Notes: generated by a model not told the origin, from the letters alone. 64,000 bases of DNA from Escherichia coli (GCA_025336685.1 GCA_025336685.1_4717.1); one strand, 5' to 3'. Shown: positions 48,172 to 57,711, counted from the first letter of the stretch. Numbers and translations: made by a program.

Positions 48172-50967
48172 TTAAGCTAATTTACCGAAACCGGCTTTCT
48201 GCAGTTTCTCGTTGATGATTTTCGCTTCAGCGAAGACGTAATCACGATACGCAGTGACTAACCCATCCACCCGTGAACGCAAGGCTTCTTCGAAGCTATA
48301 CCACGCAGCGATTTCACGAATCTGTGCGTTGATATAATCAACGGTTGAGCGAAGCTCGGTTGCATTTTCTTGCGGAATGGCTTTCACCTGGCGAGCAACG
48401 TCATTTAAACGACGGAACTGTGTTTCGATTTCTTTAAACTTACTGTCGGCAAGTTTGCTGAATTCGTCACCGGAACGGGTGAATAACAGATAGCTGTTGC
48501 CGTCAAGCGCTGTCGCTAACTGCTGAAGAACGTTGGTATCCGGATACACAGGAGTACCGCTTTGCAGTACTTTCTCACCGAATTCCGCGAAGTCCTTCGG
48601 CGGTAAGTGCGCAGACGTTGTTAACTCGTTGAAACGGAAAGTCAGCGAATTATCATACAGCATCCGGTACGCTTCCATACCCTGTTGCATGGTACCGGCC
48701 AGGTTAGCCAGACGCGGAGCAATCTCACCCTCTTTAGCGCGTTTCTGGTCTTCTAACGCCCCTTCGAGTTCTTTACACTGGTCGTTCAGATACACGATAC
48801 GATCGGGACGCAGACGACGCATCTCACGAAGAATAGTATCCAGCTTACCTTCCTGGAAATAACCCAACGTTAAAGACGTACACGCTTGCTGAAGACGATC
48901 GAACACCGGCAAGGTCACCATCTCTTTACGGATACCATCAACAATCGCAGAAACAGCCGAAAGTTTCTGTTCGGTGGTTAATGGGGCGTCAGAGACCGAC
49001 TTGCTGGGCGCGCCAACAACGTTACGCATTGCGTCGGTATCCTCGGTTTTATCAACCTCTTTACGAACATTCTCATCAGGAACATAAACGTTCGCGTTAC
49101 GTTTCGCCTGCTTGATGGCGTCGTTGGCTGCTTTTTCGGTGGCCGCTACGCTATCGGCACGTTTCTTCAAGAGTTCGATAATCCAGAGCAACAGACGACG
49201 AATCGCGGTATAGGCCGTCGTGATGATGACACCGATAACAGCCATCTTCATGATACCGAACGATTCCATGGTCGGCTCTAACGCCTGGTCTGGCATATAC
49301 CGTTCACGCAGTTCCAGATAGATCTGCTCATCTGGTTTGCTGATCTCACCACGATGCGAAGTCCGATAGATGGCTTCGTCAATCTCAACAAGATCTTTGC
49401 GTGCCTGACGGTCTGTTTCGGTCAGATAAGCGCAGCCGGATACATCGTCTTCAAAACTTTCGAACTTGAAAAAGTCATTGACATCGATCTTGATCTTCTT
49501 CGCTTCATTATCGACATCAATAAAATCTTTTTTCTGTGCTTGATATTCCGCTTTGATGTCGTTCACCGGCTTCAACGCACGTTCTTTTAATGCCTGTACG
49601 ATCTGTTTCCAGTCAGCGTCGCGCTCAAGAACAAGGAAGTAATTCTTGAGTTCAAAAGCACGGTAACGCGCAACGAGTTGTTCTACCTGAACATGAGCGA
49701 GTTGCACGTCCATCAGCCAACGCGACATTGCCGAGATCAAACGACTATAAGCAAGTAATGTTTGATACGTCAGCTTCATGTGCTTTTCGTACAGCTCAAT
49801 ATCGCCGTCTTGAATATCAGCCGTCGGGTTCATTTCCTTCGTTGCTTTGAAGATTTGTTCGGCTTCATTTAAAGTCTGTTCGAATTTGACTTCATTAAAC
49901 GCGTCGAACGGCTCAGCCAACACCGCCATTCGATCGCGAAGTTCACGAACCCAGGCGTCTTTATTGTTGCGAATAGCTGCGTCATCGTGAAGTTCGGTTT
50001 GATGTTTCTGTACCCATTCTTCGACGATATCAGCGGCGGCAACAATTCCGGTACCATCGGAAACTAACGGAACAACTCCAGCAAGTACGCCTACACATGC
50101 CGGAGTTTTCCAGTAATCGTTCAAAGCGTTTCTGAATTCAACGATGGATTGTACGTTTGGTACCATATCCAAAAACGTACTGCCGTTACGGCTCATTGTC
50201 GTTACGATATCAGCGAATTCCTTCTGCTTGGCGGTAACAAAAGGAACCAGGACCATAAGCCATTCAGCAACCGATTTCGCTTTTTCTTTCAGGTTCTTGT
50301 CTGCGATTTCTTTAAGACTAATCGCACCACCATAACCTGCAAGCTCTTTATATACGTCGCTAAGTGTCATCTGTTTATCCAACATTTCTTTGAAACGTGG
50401 ATAATCAGCACCTAACGCATCGATAATATCGTTGATTACGTCGTCGGTTGTCGCGATAAACTTCTTCGTATCGACGTTTGAATATTTCCAGACGTACCGT
50501 ACGGCTTTCTTGATTCCTGCAAAGATAAACGCCCAAATACGCTTGATGAGTTCCCAGACTTTCTTCGCGCCATCGACAAACAGTTTAGAGACCTTGGCAA
50601 CGAATCCTTCCTGTACCAACTCAACGCCGTTACGTGATGGGATTTCGGTGAAGAAAGCATCCGGTAGTTGTTTCGGGAACGCGTCGCCAAGACGCATACG
50701 CAGTTCGGGTACATCAGCACGAGAAATACCCCGTGTTACTAACTGTTCGTGAAGACGAACGTTTTCTTCGCCAGAGGTCACGAATTGGTTAACATCGAAG
50801 GAAACCATCGCTTCCTGATCTTCGGTGGTGACGACGCTTGAACCATCGCTGGTTTGGATGTCTTCGTCAGGGAACGCCATGAGCATACCGTGACGCATTT
50901 CAACCACTCCGTAATCGGTTGCTAAACCGAATTCGTTGTGGTCAGGGGTAATAACTGGGATACTCAT
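48172..50967 (-). CDS. large hypothetical virion-associated protein (931 aa)
   Basis: ATG at 50967 in ATGA overlap; N-terminal VELVQEGFVAK...KKVWELIKRIW segment resembles the head-internal paralog motif. Confidence 0.9.
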   Translation of the reverse strand: MSIPVITPDHNEFGLATDYGVVEMRHGMLMAFPDEDIQTSDGSSVVTTEDQEAMVSFDVNQFVTSGEENVRLHEQLVTRGISRADVPELRMRLGDAFPKQLPDAFFTEIPSRNGVELVQEGFVAKVSKLFVDGAKKVWELIKRIWAFIFAGIKKAVRYVWKYSNVDTKKFIATTDDVINDIIDALGADYPRFKEMLDKQMTLSDVYKELAGYGGAISLKEIADKNLKEKAKSVAEWLMVLVPFVTAKQKEFADIVTTMSRNGSTFLDMVPNVQSIVEFRNALNDYWKTPACVGVLAGVVPLVSDGTGIVAAADIVEEWVQKHQTELHDDAAIRNNKDAWVRELRDRMAVLAEPFDAFNEVKFEQTLNEAEQIFKATKEMNPTADIQDGDIELYEKHMKLTYQTLLAYSRLISAMSRWLMDVQLAHVQVEQLVARYRAFELKNYFLVLERDADWKQIVQALKERALKPVNDIKAEYQAQKKDFIDVDNEAKKIKIDVNDFFKFESFEDDVSGCAYLTETDRQARKDLVEIDEAIYRTSHRGEISKPDEQIYLELRERYMPDQALEPTMESFGIMKMAVIGVIITTAYTAIRRLLLWIIELLKKRADSVAATEKAANDAIKQAKRNANVYVPDENVRKEVDKTEDTDAMRNVVGAPSKSVSDAPLTTEQKLSAVSAIVDGIRKEMVTLPVFDRLQQACTSLTLGYFQEGKLDTILREMRRLRPDRIVYLNDQCKELEGALEDQKRAKEGEIAPRLANLAGTMQQGMEAYRMLYDNSLTFRFNELTTSAHLPPKDFAEFGEKVLQSGTPVYPDTNVLQQLATALDGNSYLLFTRSGDEFSKLADSKFKEIETQFRRLNDVARQVKAIPQENATELRSTVDYINAQIREIAAWYSFEEALRSRVDGLVTAYRDYVFAEAKIINEKLQKAGFGKLA

Positions 50968-51404
50968 GCATTCTCTCCTTGCAGTGCGTTAGCGAAAGCT
51001 GTTGCAAGTTGCGCAACCAGTTTCGGATCAACGCCTTCGATAACGTCAGGAAGCCCTGCGGTTTCTTGGTCACGAACAGCGGAGGCTAATAACAACATAG
51101 TTTCGGGTGCGGTCGGCTCATGTACCATGCGGTAACGCAGACACCAGAAGTAGCGAGCAACGTCTAACGCATCAGCCAGCCCAATAACCAGTACCTTGTT
51201 CAGCTTATCCAACCCTTCACGGATTTTAGGGAGATGTTCACGAACGAAAATGCTGTCTGCAGTCAGATCTTCTTTTTCAGCGAATACTGGCATGCTGTAA
51301 CCAGCAATGTAACCTGCGGCAATACTTAATGCACGGGTCTGTTGTTCGGCCGGGAAATCACGAACCAGGTCTTTCAGCTGAACGGCGAAATCAGAAATAT
51401 TCAT
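50964..51404 (-). CDS. hypothetical protein (146 aa)
   Basis: ATG with AGGAA SD. Confidence 0.75.
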   Translation of the reverse strand: MNISDFAVQLKDLVRDFPAEQQTRALSIAAGYIAGYSMPVFAEKEDLTADSIFVREHLPKIREGLDKLNKVLVIGLADALDVARYFWCLRYRMVHEPTAPETMLLLASAVRDQETAGLPDVIEGVDPKLVAQLATAFANALQGENA

Positions 51405-51436
51405 GTTAAATTCCTTTACAGTAAAAATAGAAGAGA

Positions 51437-52747
51437 TTAGGCGATAATGGAATCAAGAGTCGCTGCTGTTTTGAACAGATCGCTGTTCATTGTAGAAGAA
51501 AGGACTTGCTGAATTTCTTCCTGTTTAACTGCTTTACGAACCCCTGGACGAAGGATAAGCGTAACCATCTGTGAAAAGGTACGATTATTGTTCATCACAC
51601 TCAGCGTTTCATCGATTGTTTTGATGGTATCCAACGTCATGGAACGAACATCGCTTGGAACATCACGATCTTTCAGACGTATGATTAAATCTTGTTTGAT
51701 TTTACGGAATCGTTCCATGTCGTTATCGTAAATGCTGTATGTCGGATCCAACCAAACAGAAAGCGCGGTTACAGCGATAACAACCAACACGCCGATAGCA
51801 CCAACAGAAGCTAAACCTAACGCCATCATAGAAGCTATAGTAGCATCCATGATGAAGGAGAGCCAGAACATCGTTTTGGACTTCATGGAATTGGTGCCAT
51901 AAAGCCGATACATTTTAGCAAGCCCGCTAACGAGATACTCCCCACTACCGTGACGCGTAGCGAACTGATCAGCCATGAATTCGGAAGCAACGTCGGTATA
52001 TCGTCCAGCGTTGTTTACATTTCGTAATTGCATCGCTTTGTTAGACACGTAAACCGTGTACCAGACACTACCATCGTCCGAATCGCCGATTTTGTTTACG
52101 TCGACGTTAGTATCCAGCGTTTTGTTTAACGCTTTAGCCAGTTCGATACGTTTTACCTTATCGGTTGTCCCCAACAGTTCGCGCTGCACGGTCATGATTG
52201 AGGCTTCGACACGAACCGTTTCCGACAATGTTTCAAGGAAAGTAAATGCATGACCGATTTCATGCAGCATTATGGCTGCTTTTTCTTCCGGAAGAAAGGG
52301 TTCTGTCGCTGTTAGCAGTTCATACGTGATGGCAGAACGAATCTTCAACTCCTCAAAGATACCGTAAGCGCGACCTTTTTCTAAATCGACGTAACCGACA
52401 GGTGCATCTTTAATCTTCTTAAGAAGTGCGACACCATCGACACCACGCATCCATAACCGATGATAGTCTGCCAGGATCGTGTTGTTTGTCGAAATATCCG
52501 GCGGGTACACGTAGGCATTCATCTGGCCCATTTTCACGTCGACCGAGAATTCGATGTTCAACCCAGTATAGCGTTTAACCATCTCGGTTAAATGACCGTC
52601 CTTGAAAACGTTTAAAACATCTTTTTTATCCAGTCCCTGTTTGCTTCTGAAGAACTCGGTCATTTCCTTGAACAAGGAACCATCCTGAAACTTGATGGCC
52701 TCCATCGTTAATTCGTCATGACCATACACGCGTTGTAGTAATGACAT
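51437..52747 (-). CDS. putative membrane-associated zinc metallopeptidase with HExxH motif (436 aa)
   Basis: AAIMLHEIGHAFTF (HExxH) about aa 160; two hydrophobic helices near aa 290-330; family not assignable by eye. Confidence 0.8.
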   Translation of the reverse strand: MSLLQRVYGHDELTMEAIKFQDGSLFKEMTEFFRSKQGLDKKDVLNVFKDGHLTEMVKRYTGLNIEFSVDVKMGQMNAYVYPPDISTNNTILADYHRLWMRGVDGVALLKKIKDAPVGYVDLEKGRAYGIFEELKIRSAITYELLTATEPFLPEEKAAIMLHEIGHAFTFLETLSETVRVEASIMTVQRELLGTTDKVKRIELAKALNKTLDTNVDVNKIGDSDDGSVWYTVYVSNKAMQLRNVNNAGRYTDVASEFMADQFATRHGSGEYLVSGLAKMYRLYGTNSMKSKTMFWLSFIMDATIASMMALGLASVGAIGVLVVIAVTALSVWLDPTYSIYDNDMERFRKIKQDLIIRLKDRDVPSDVRSMTLDTIKTIDETLSVMNNNRTFSQMVTLILRPGVRKAVKQEEIQQVLSSTMNSDLFKTAATLDSIIA

Positions 52748-52759
52748 TATACACTCTCT

Positions 52760-52775
52760 AAATTTACGTAAATTT
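52760..52775. promoter_or_regulatory. perfect 16-bp palindrome AAATTTACGTAAATTT just upstream of the metallopeptidase RBS
   Basis: Exact palindrome within the 220-nt divergent intergenic region; operator-like. Confidence 0.35.
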
Positions 52776-52968
52776 AAGGGCTAATGGATCGGCTGGCCGC
52801 ACCAATCACAATGTGTTCGTTGCTATGCAACGGCATTCATAGAAATACCTTTTGAGTGTAGCATTACCATTCACACCCCAAGCAATAAGAGCGGTCGGTT
52901 AAAAACAACAGAACGTGAGGATGATATAGAAAATCACCTTTTAACACTTATTACGAGTTTATCAAGCC

Positions 52969-54138
52969 ATGAGCGAACAAGAACGAAAACCTAAGAAGAA
53001 ACTGCTCGGTATTCAATGTCGACACATCAGCTATAACGAAGCGAACGATGGTAGTAAGAACGACCTCATGATCGCAAAAGAGATCATGTTCTTCGATGAT
53101 AATACGCAAGCGACGAACCTTCGCTTCTTTGAGAATTACAAACGTCCGTTTTGGGTGACGGTAGAGAGTAAACGTAAGAACAAATATAAAAAGGAAAGCG
53201 AGAAGCTCTCGCATGTGCGTCGCTACGATGTCCGCCAAAGCGAACTGGTTGAAAAGATCAGCTCGGTACTTTATAAAAGACGTGCTGACGATAACACCCG
53301 TTTACAGCAGCTCGCACGGAGTCCCTACCTCTATGGCACGGACGTTAGCGCCAGCTGTTATTTAAAAACCCAATATAATACAAAATGGCCGGAATACGTC
53401 GATAAATTACCCGCTTCTATCGCCTGTTTCGATATCGAAACCGACGTTGTCCATGGACACGGTAAGATCGTCTGTATGTCTATTACAATGGGATACAATG
53501 CGATACTTTGCTATACCAAGGACTTCGTTGGTCATATTCCGAATGCGATTGAGAAAACCCATGAGAAGATCCGATATTACCTGGCCGAACGTCTGAACAC
53601 CAAAGAAGATCCTCACGCGTTCGAAAAATATCAGTACGATGTTCGAATCGTAGAAAGTCCGGCGCAAGCGGTCATCCAATGCATGCAGAAGGTTCACGAA
53701 TGGCAACCGGATTATCTCCTTGGCTGGAATATCGCGTTCGATATTCCGCGCATGCTCCAGGCACTGAACGAGGAAGGGTATCGTCCCGAGGATGTTTTCT
53801 CCGATCCTCGCGTACCCCCTAAGTATCGTATTGCTCGCTGGGTACCACCGAAAACCGACAAGGTATCTGCTTCGGGTCGTAAAACCAACCTTACCCTCGA
53901 GCAGACCTGGCCGATGTTTTATACGATGGCTACGTATCAGGTTATGGATGCGATGTGTGGTTATAAGTTCGTTCGTTTAGGAAGACCGGATGAGGGACGT
54001 TACTCACTCGATGCGGTATTAGAGCGAAATAAATGCCATACGAAATTAAAAGCAATTCCTGGTACAGAAGGGTTCACAGAGCTCGCCTGGCACGAAAGAG
54101 ATGCAAACGAACCATCAAATCGACTACGGCGTATATAA
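52969..54138 (+). CDS. family-B DNA polymerase fragment: N-terminal 3'-5' exonuclease domain (389 aa)
   Basis: Exo I CFDIETD, Exo II YLLGWNIAFD, Exo III-like YQVMDA; weak SD. Confidence 0.8.
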   Translation: MSEQERKPKKKLLGIQCRHISYNEANDGSKNDLMIAKEIMFFDDNTQATNLRFFENYKRPFWVTVESKRKNKYKKESEKLSHVRRYDVRQSELVEKISSVLYKRRADDNTRLQQLARSPYLYGTDVSASCYLKTQYNTKWPEYVDKLPASIACFDIETDVVHGHGKIVCMSITMGYNAILCYTKDFVGHIPNAIEKTHEKIRYYLAERLNTKEDPHAFEKYQYDVRIVESPAQAVIQCMQKVHEWQPDYLLGWNIAFDIPRMLQALNEEGYRPEDVFSDPRVPPKYRIARWVPPKTDKVSASGRKTNLTLEQTWPMFYTMATYQVMDAMCGYKFVRLGRPDEGRYSLDAVLERNKCHTKLKAIPGTEGFTELAWHERDANEPSNRLRRI

Positions 54139-54292
54139 CCTTTGGGATAACCAGGGTATCGAGGCGTTGGACCAGAAAACGAACTATTCTGACATCCCTA
54201 TTCGTTTGGCGGCGTCAGTTTGAAGATTTCAGTTCTAACCCTAAACGTATCTGCGACAAACTTTCTTCGTTTATCTTAACCGTGGGGAAGTC

Positions 54293-54712
54293 ATGGGATG
54301 CACTGCCGACGACATGACCCAGGAAGAAGATAAGTGGGTTATCTCACGAACCGGACATATCGTCACATTACCGTGCGATCTCATGGCAGACAACGGCATT
54401 CATCTCTTCTGGGATATGCCTAATCTGAGAAGTTATATCCGTCTATTCGTTGCAGACCTCGACATAAGCAGTTCATATCCAAATGGGCAGATCCTGCTCA
54501 ATCTATCCAGAGCCTGTGTTTTCCGTGAGCTATCACGCATTGAGGGCGTCTCTGACTATCAATTCAGGAAGTTAGGTATCAACTTTATTACCGGAGGTAA
54601 AACGAACGCTGTAGACTTCTGTAGAATCGTTTATAAAGCACCATCGATGTTTGAACTCTTAGAGCATTTCGATGCGACGCGTCCGAAAGAGGAAGCGCGG
54701 ACCATCGAATGA
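54293..54712 (+). CDS. family-B DNA polymerase fragment carrying motif A (139 aa), separated from the exonuclease ORF by frame changes
   Basis: VADLDISSSYPNG matches pol B motif A (DxxSLYPS); no motif B or C before the stop at 54712. Confidence 0.55.
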   Translation: MGCTADDMTQEEDKWVISRTGHIVTLPCDLMADNGIHLFWDMPNLRSYIRLFVADLDISSSYPNGQILLNLSRACVFRELSRIEGVSDYQFRKLGINFITGGKTNAVDFCRIVYKAPSMFELLEHFDATRPKEEARTIE

Positions 54713-54777
54713 TTCAAGTGATACGATAAGGGTCATCCCGTTGATCCTCGCCTAACAAAAAGAAAACGCATGCGAAG

Positions 54778-54809
54778 CCCCTCCCCCTGGCGGAAGCCGG
54801 AGGGAGGGG
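54778..54809. terminator. GC-rich hairpin with GGAA loop followed by TTTTATGTGTTTTTAATT; bidirectional terminator
   Basis: Between stop of the polymerase fragment and stop of 54828-55277; T-rich tracts on both sides. Confidence 0.55.
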
Positions 54810-54827
54810 TGGAGGTTTTATGTGTTT

Positions 54828-55277
54828 TTAATTATTGTTGATGGGGTTATCGTCCGGCTTATATTCGATGCCGTAGGCGACGTAACGGTCTGTCGTATGG
54901 ACGACAAGCGAGATGGGGAAATCATAATGCGTGGTTTTGTCTCGGACGAGCTGAGTAAAGAGATCCATATAACGTATTAAGTCTTCACTGGTGTAATCAG
55001 AAGGGAAGAAGACGTCGATGGTTATTGAATCTTCATAGAGGCGTATAACCAACTTATCCAGAAGGTCGGCATATTGGTTAGCCGGGGTGACGTCCAGCTC
55101 ACAGATATCACGATCTCCTTCGTCTCGTGATACCCACATCATGGTATCCTGTAATGAGGTTTCAAGGATCTCGAAAATGCATTTTGCTGTAAGTTTTAGT
55201 TTATTTGTTACGTCATGGTTAGGTGAATAATGGTCACGGATGTTTTTCACTGCGTCTTTGATAGAGAAAGTCATCAT
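54828..55277 (-). CDS. small hypothetical protein, paralog of 55288-55797 (149 aa)
   Basis: ATG with AGGAG SD; shares ILETSLQD / LLESSLQD segment with next gene. Confidence 0.75.
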   Translation of the reverse strand: MMTFSIKDAVKNIRDHYSPNHDVTNKLKLTAKCIFEILETSLQDTMMWVSRDEGDRDICELDVTPANQYADLLDKLVIRLYEDSITIDVFFPSDYTSEDLIRYMDLFTQLVRDKTTHYDFPISLVVHTTDRYVAYGIEYKPDDNPINNN

Positions 55278-55287
55278 TGATGCTCCT

Positions 55288-55797
55288 TCAAATGAAATTA
55301 ATACGTGCGGCTGTCGAAACGAGTTCGCTTGTAAAGCAATGCTTACCGTCGGTATTTACCGTGTGAGTAAGTTTACAAGCCTTAGTGGTTGGGTTAGCGC
55401 CAATGACCAGGACGGTCGTCATATCGAACAGTTCCACACGTTGGAGAAATGCCGTATCGGCTACCTTCTGTAAACCGGTTGCTTCAAAATCGATGTGGTC
55501 GTTAAGCGATACCAATTGGATTTCAATACGTTCTTTGAAAAGTTTAAACGTTACTGAAAACCGATGAGGTTCGGTATTAAACCATAAAGGTCCGCGTTGG
55601 AAGTGCTGATATGCTTCATTCGTGTTGTTCTCGAAAACCCAGTAGTCGTGGACAAGAGAAGCGTCTTGTAACGAGGATTCCAGGAGATCAAACGTCTTAT
55701 TTATTGCTTTCTCAAGCATAGGTGCTAGTGAACCCGGGTATCCAGCAAATGCTGTTTCGGCAATCGATTTTATTGATACGATGTTATTCTGGTTCAT
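55288..55797 (-). CDS. small hypothetical protein, paralog of 54828-55277 (about 169 aa)
   Basis: ORF-track start is TTG; ATG at 55797 has AAGGAA SD at 8 nt. Confidence 0.75.
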   Translation of the reverse strand: MNQNNIVSIKSIAETAFAGYPGSLAPMLEKAINKTFDLLESSLQDASLVHDYWVFENNTNEAYQHFQRGPLWFNTEPHRFSVTFKLFKERIEIQLVSLNDHIDFEATGLQKVADTAFLQRVELFDMTTVLVIGANPTTKACKLTHTVNTDGKHCFTSELVSTAARINFI

Positions 55798-55801
55798 TTC
55801 T

Positions 55802-56281
55802 TTATTCCTTGTTGGATTCTTCAATGTGCTTGGTGTCGTAGGACAGATGCTGAATTAATTTTCGAGGTTCGATGAATATACGACATGTGATAAACACATC
55901 AGGATCGTATTGTTCCACGCAACGTCCGAAGGCTCGTTTTGCGGACTGACGCATCAAGGCTAATTCCTGATCGTTCATCTCATCATCAAATTCGATGTGT
56001 ATCGTGATTTTATCGGGAAATAAATAGATAGAGTAATCGCTACCGATATCACCGTCGTCAAAACGATAATCGTTGTGGTAATGGTGGAGTTTACCTTCGT
56101 GTATCGTCTGGTACCACCCGACGACACTATCAAGACCCATACCCAGGCGTCCGAATGCTTGGTTAATAATATCCTCGACGACGGATGCGGGCGTGGGACC
56201 ATGGAATAAACGATCTAAGCGCTTTTTCATTGATTTGTCGGTTTTCACATTCATTGTTTCTTTTCCTGTTATAATCGGCAT
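55802..56281 (-). CDS. small hypothetical protein (159 aa)
   Basis: ATG at 56281 lies 4 nt after the hairpin whose 3' arm (GGGGAAGGG) would be its SD; alternative ATG 27 nt downstream. Confidence 0.7.
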   Translation of the reverse strand: MPIITGKETMNVKTDKSMKKRLDRLFHGPTPASVVEDIINQAFGRLGMGLDSVVGWYQTIHEGKLHHYHNDYRFDDGDIGSDYSIYLFPDKITIHIEFDDEMNDQELALMRQSAKRAFGRCVEQYDPDVFITCRIFIEPRKLIQHLSYDTKHIEESNKE

Positions 56282-56284
56282 ATA

Positions 56285-56317
56285 GCCCTTCCCCGGCCTT
56301 GATGGCTAGGGAAGGGT
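56285..56317 (-). terminator. junction hairpin (CCCTTCCCC...GGGGAAGGG) abutting the start of 55802-56281
   Basis: Inverted repeat; flanked by CATATAG and GTATG; may occlude the RBS of the downstream gene. Confidence 0.4.
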
Positions 56318-56474
56318 ATGTTTACGTGTAATTACTCTGACGTAAGCGTCTTTATGCGTGTCGAAAAGTCTGTTGACGTTAGATTTGAATGAGTATTCTG
56401 CCGTCATTATTCTACCTTAATGGTTTAACCGACACGTGTCCCCACTTAACAAGGGACACGATATCGTTGATTAA

Positions 56475-56969
56475 TTATTCTTCTGTGTTTTCATTGTCAG
56501 GATCGTAGTGGAATTCGAACAACCCTGAACCGTCATGTCCGTTGATTGTGAGTATAACAGGCATATCGAATCCTCGGACGCGAGAATGAAAACACTGGGC
56601 TAATTTTAGTTTGGCATATGCCGCTATTTCATTGACGGCAATACACGACTCACCTGTTATACTGAGTATAACGTCGATACTAACAATGTTGTCGTGCAAC
56701 GCAAAACGCCAACGATCGATACGAGTATTATCTTTAGCGGGTGTCTCGTTGACGAGATAGACTTTATCGTCAACTGACAAAGCAGGGCTCCAGCAACGTT
56801 CGTTTATTAAATTCGCCTGGAGTTTTAGTACCGTCTGATCGATAATATCCCAACACGCAACCAGTGTGGTGTCGGGCACTGAACAGAGAAGGGCGAGCAC
56901 TTTATCCTTTATTTTAAGTGCTTCCGCTGAGCGTCCGCAAATACCATGCATTTCAACCTTCTTATCCAT
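56475..56969 (-). CDS. small hypothetical protein (about 164 aa)
   Basis: ORF-track start is GTG; ATG at 56969 preceded by AGAGGTGA. Confidence 0.75.
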   Translation of the reverse strand: MDKKVEMHGICGRSAEALKIKDKVLALLCSVPDTTLVACWDIIDQTVLKLQANLINERCWSPALSVDDKVYLVNETPAKDNTRIDRWRFALHDNIVSIDVILSITGESCIAVNEIAAYAKLKLAQCFHSRVRGFDMPVILTINGHDGSGLFEFHYDPDNENTEE

Positions 56970-57012
56970 ATTCACCTCTTTCTTAATCTAAATGTTAGTT
57001 GGGGTGGGATGC

Positions 57013-57615
57013 TTACATGCTTTCTAGCATATTGACGATCATGGAACCCATACCGAAACTCGGTCTCTCGCCAATGTACTCAGCAAGCTGACGATGAACG
57101 TCTTTTGGATTCCCTTCTTCACCGTCGGCGTCGATGTAAACCGAAAAAGAAAATGACTCGCAATCCACGCTGATAACCAGACGACGCTCATTGCGTTCCT
57201 TGAGTGTGTCGACAATAGCTGCTTTCAGTACTGCGATCGCGTTCATCGCGTGCAAGATATCCCCATCGGGTTTCGGCAGATCGATCTTTTCTTTCAGATC
57301 GATATTGATGTTGGTTACAATTGGATTGAGGTCGACCTTGACATAATCGTTAGGGTACATGCGAATAATCGCACGATCGATATCTGAACCGTAAAAGTCA
57401 ACACGTGGCTTTAACACTTCTTTGTTTGGATCCATGTTTTCATCCATACCCGCCTGTAGAAAGCGTTCTACGTTATCCAATTCACGATAGATTGCTGCTT
57501 CGATTTCTTTCAGATAGTTGGCTGCGGTTTCATGTTCTTTACGCAGCTCGTCTTTAAGGAGCTGTACGGTGGTTTCACTGGAACGAATACTGTTTGCGAA
57601 TTGGGTAATTGACAT
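57013..57615 (-). CDS. hypothetical protein (about 200 aa)
   Basis: ORF-track start is TTG; ATG at 57615 has AAGGAA SD at 7 nt. Confidence 0.75.
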   Translation of the reverse strand: MSITQFANSIRSSETTVQLLKDELRKEHETAANYLKEIEAAIYRELDNVERFLQAGMDENMDPNKEVLKPRVDFYGSDIDRAIIRMYPNDYVKVDLNPIVTNINIDLKEKIDLPKPDGDILHAMNAIAVLKAAIVDTLKERNERRLVISVDCESFSFSVYIDADGEEGNPKDVHRQLAEYIGERPSFGMGSMIVNMLESM

Positions 57616-57668
57616 ATCGAATTCCTTAAATTCTCTTGAGTTCAATTAATGATGAAAAGCTGTAAAAA

Positions 57669-57686
57669 GGTGGGGCGAACCCCACC
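57669..57686 (-). terminator. rho-independent terminator: GGTGGGG-CGAA-CCCCACC followed by U5 on the minus strand
   Basis: Perfect 7-bp GC stem with tetraloop, flanked by A5 on the plus strand; sits 25 nt after the stop of 57712-58134. Confidence 0.7.
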
Positions 57687-57711
57687 AAAACGTCAGACAC
57701 ACGCAGGAAAA

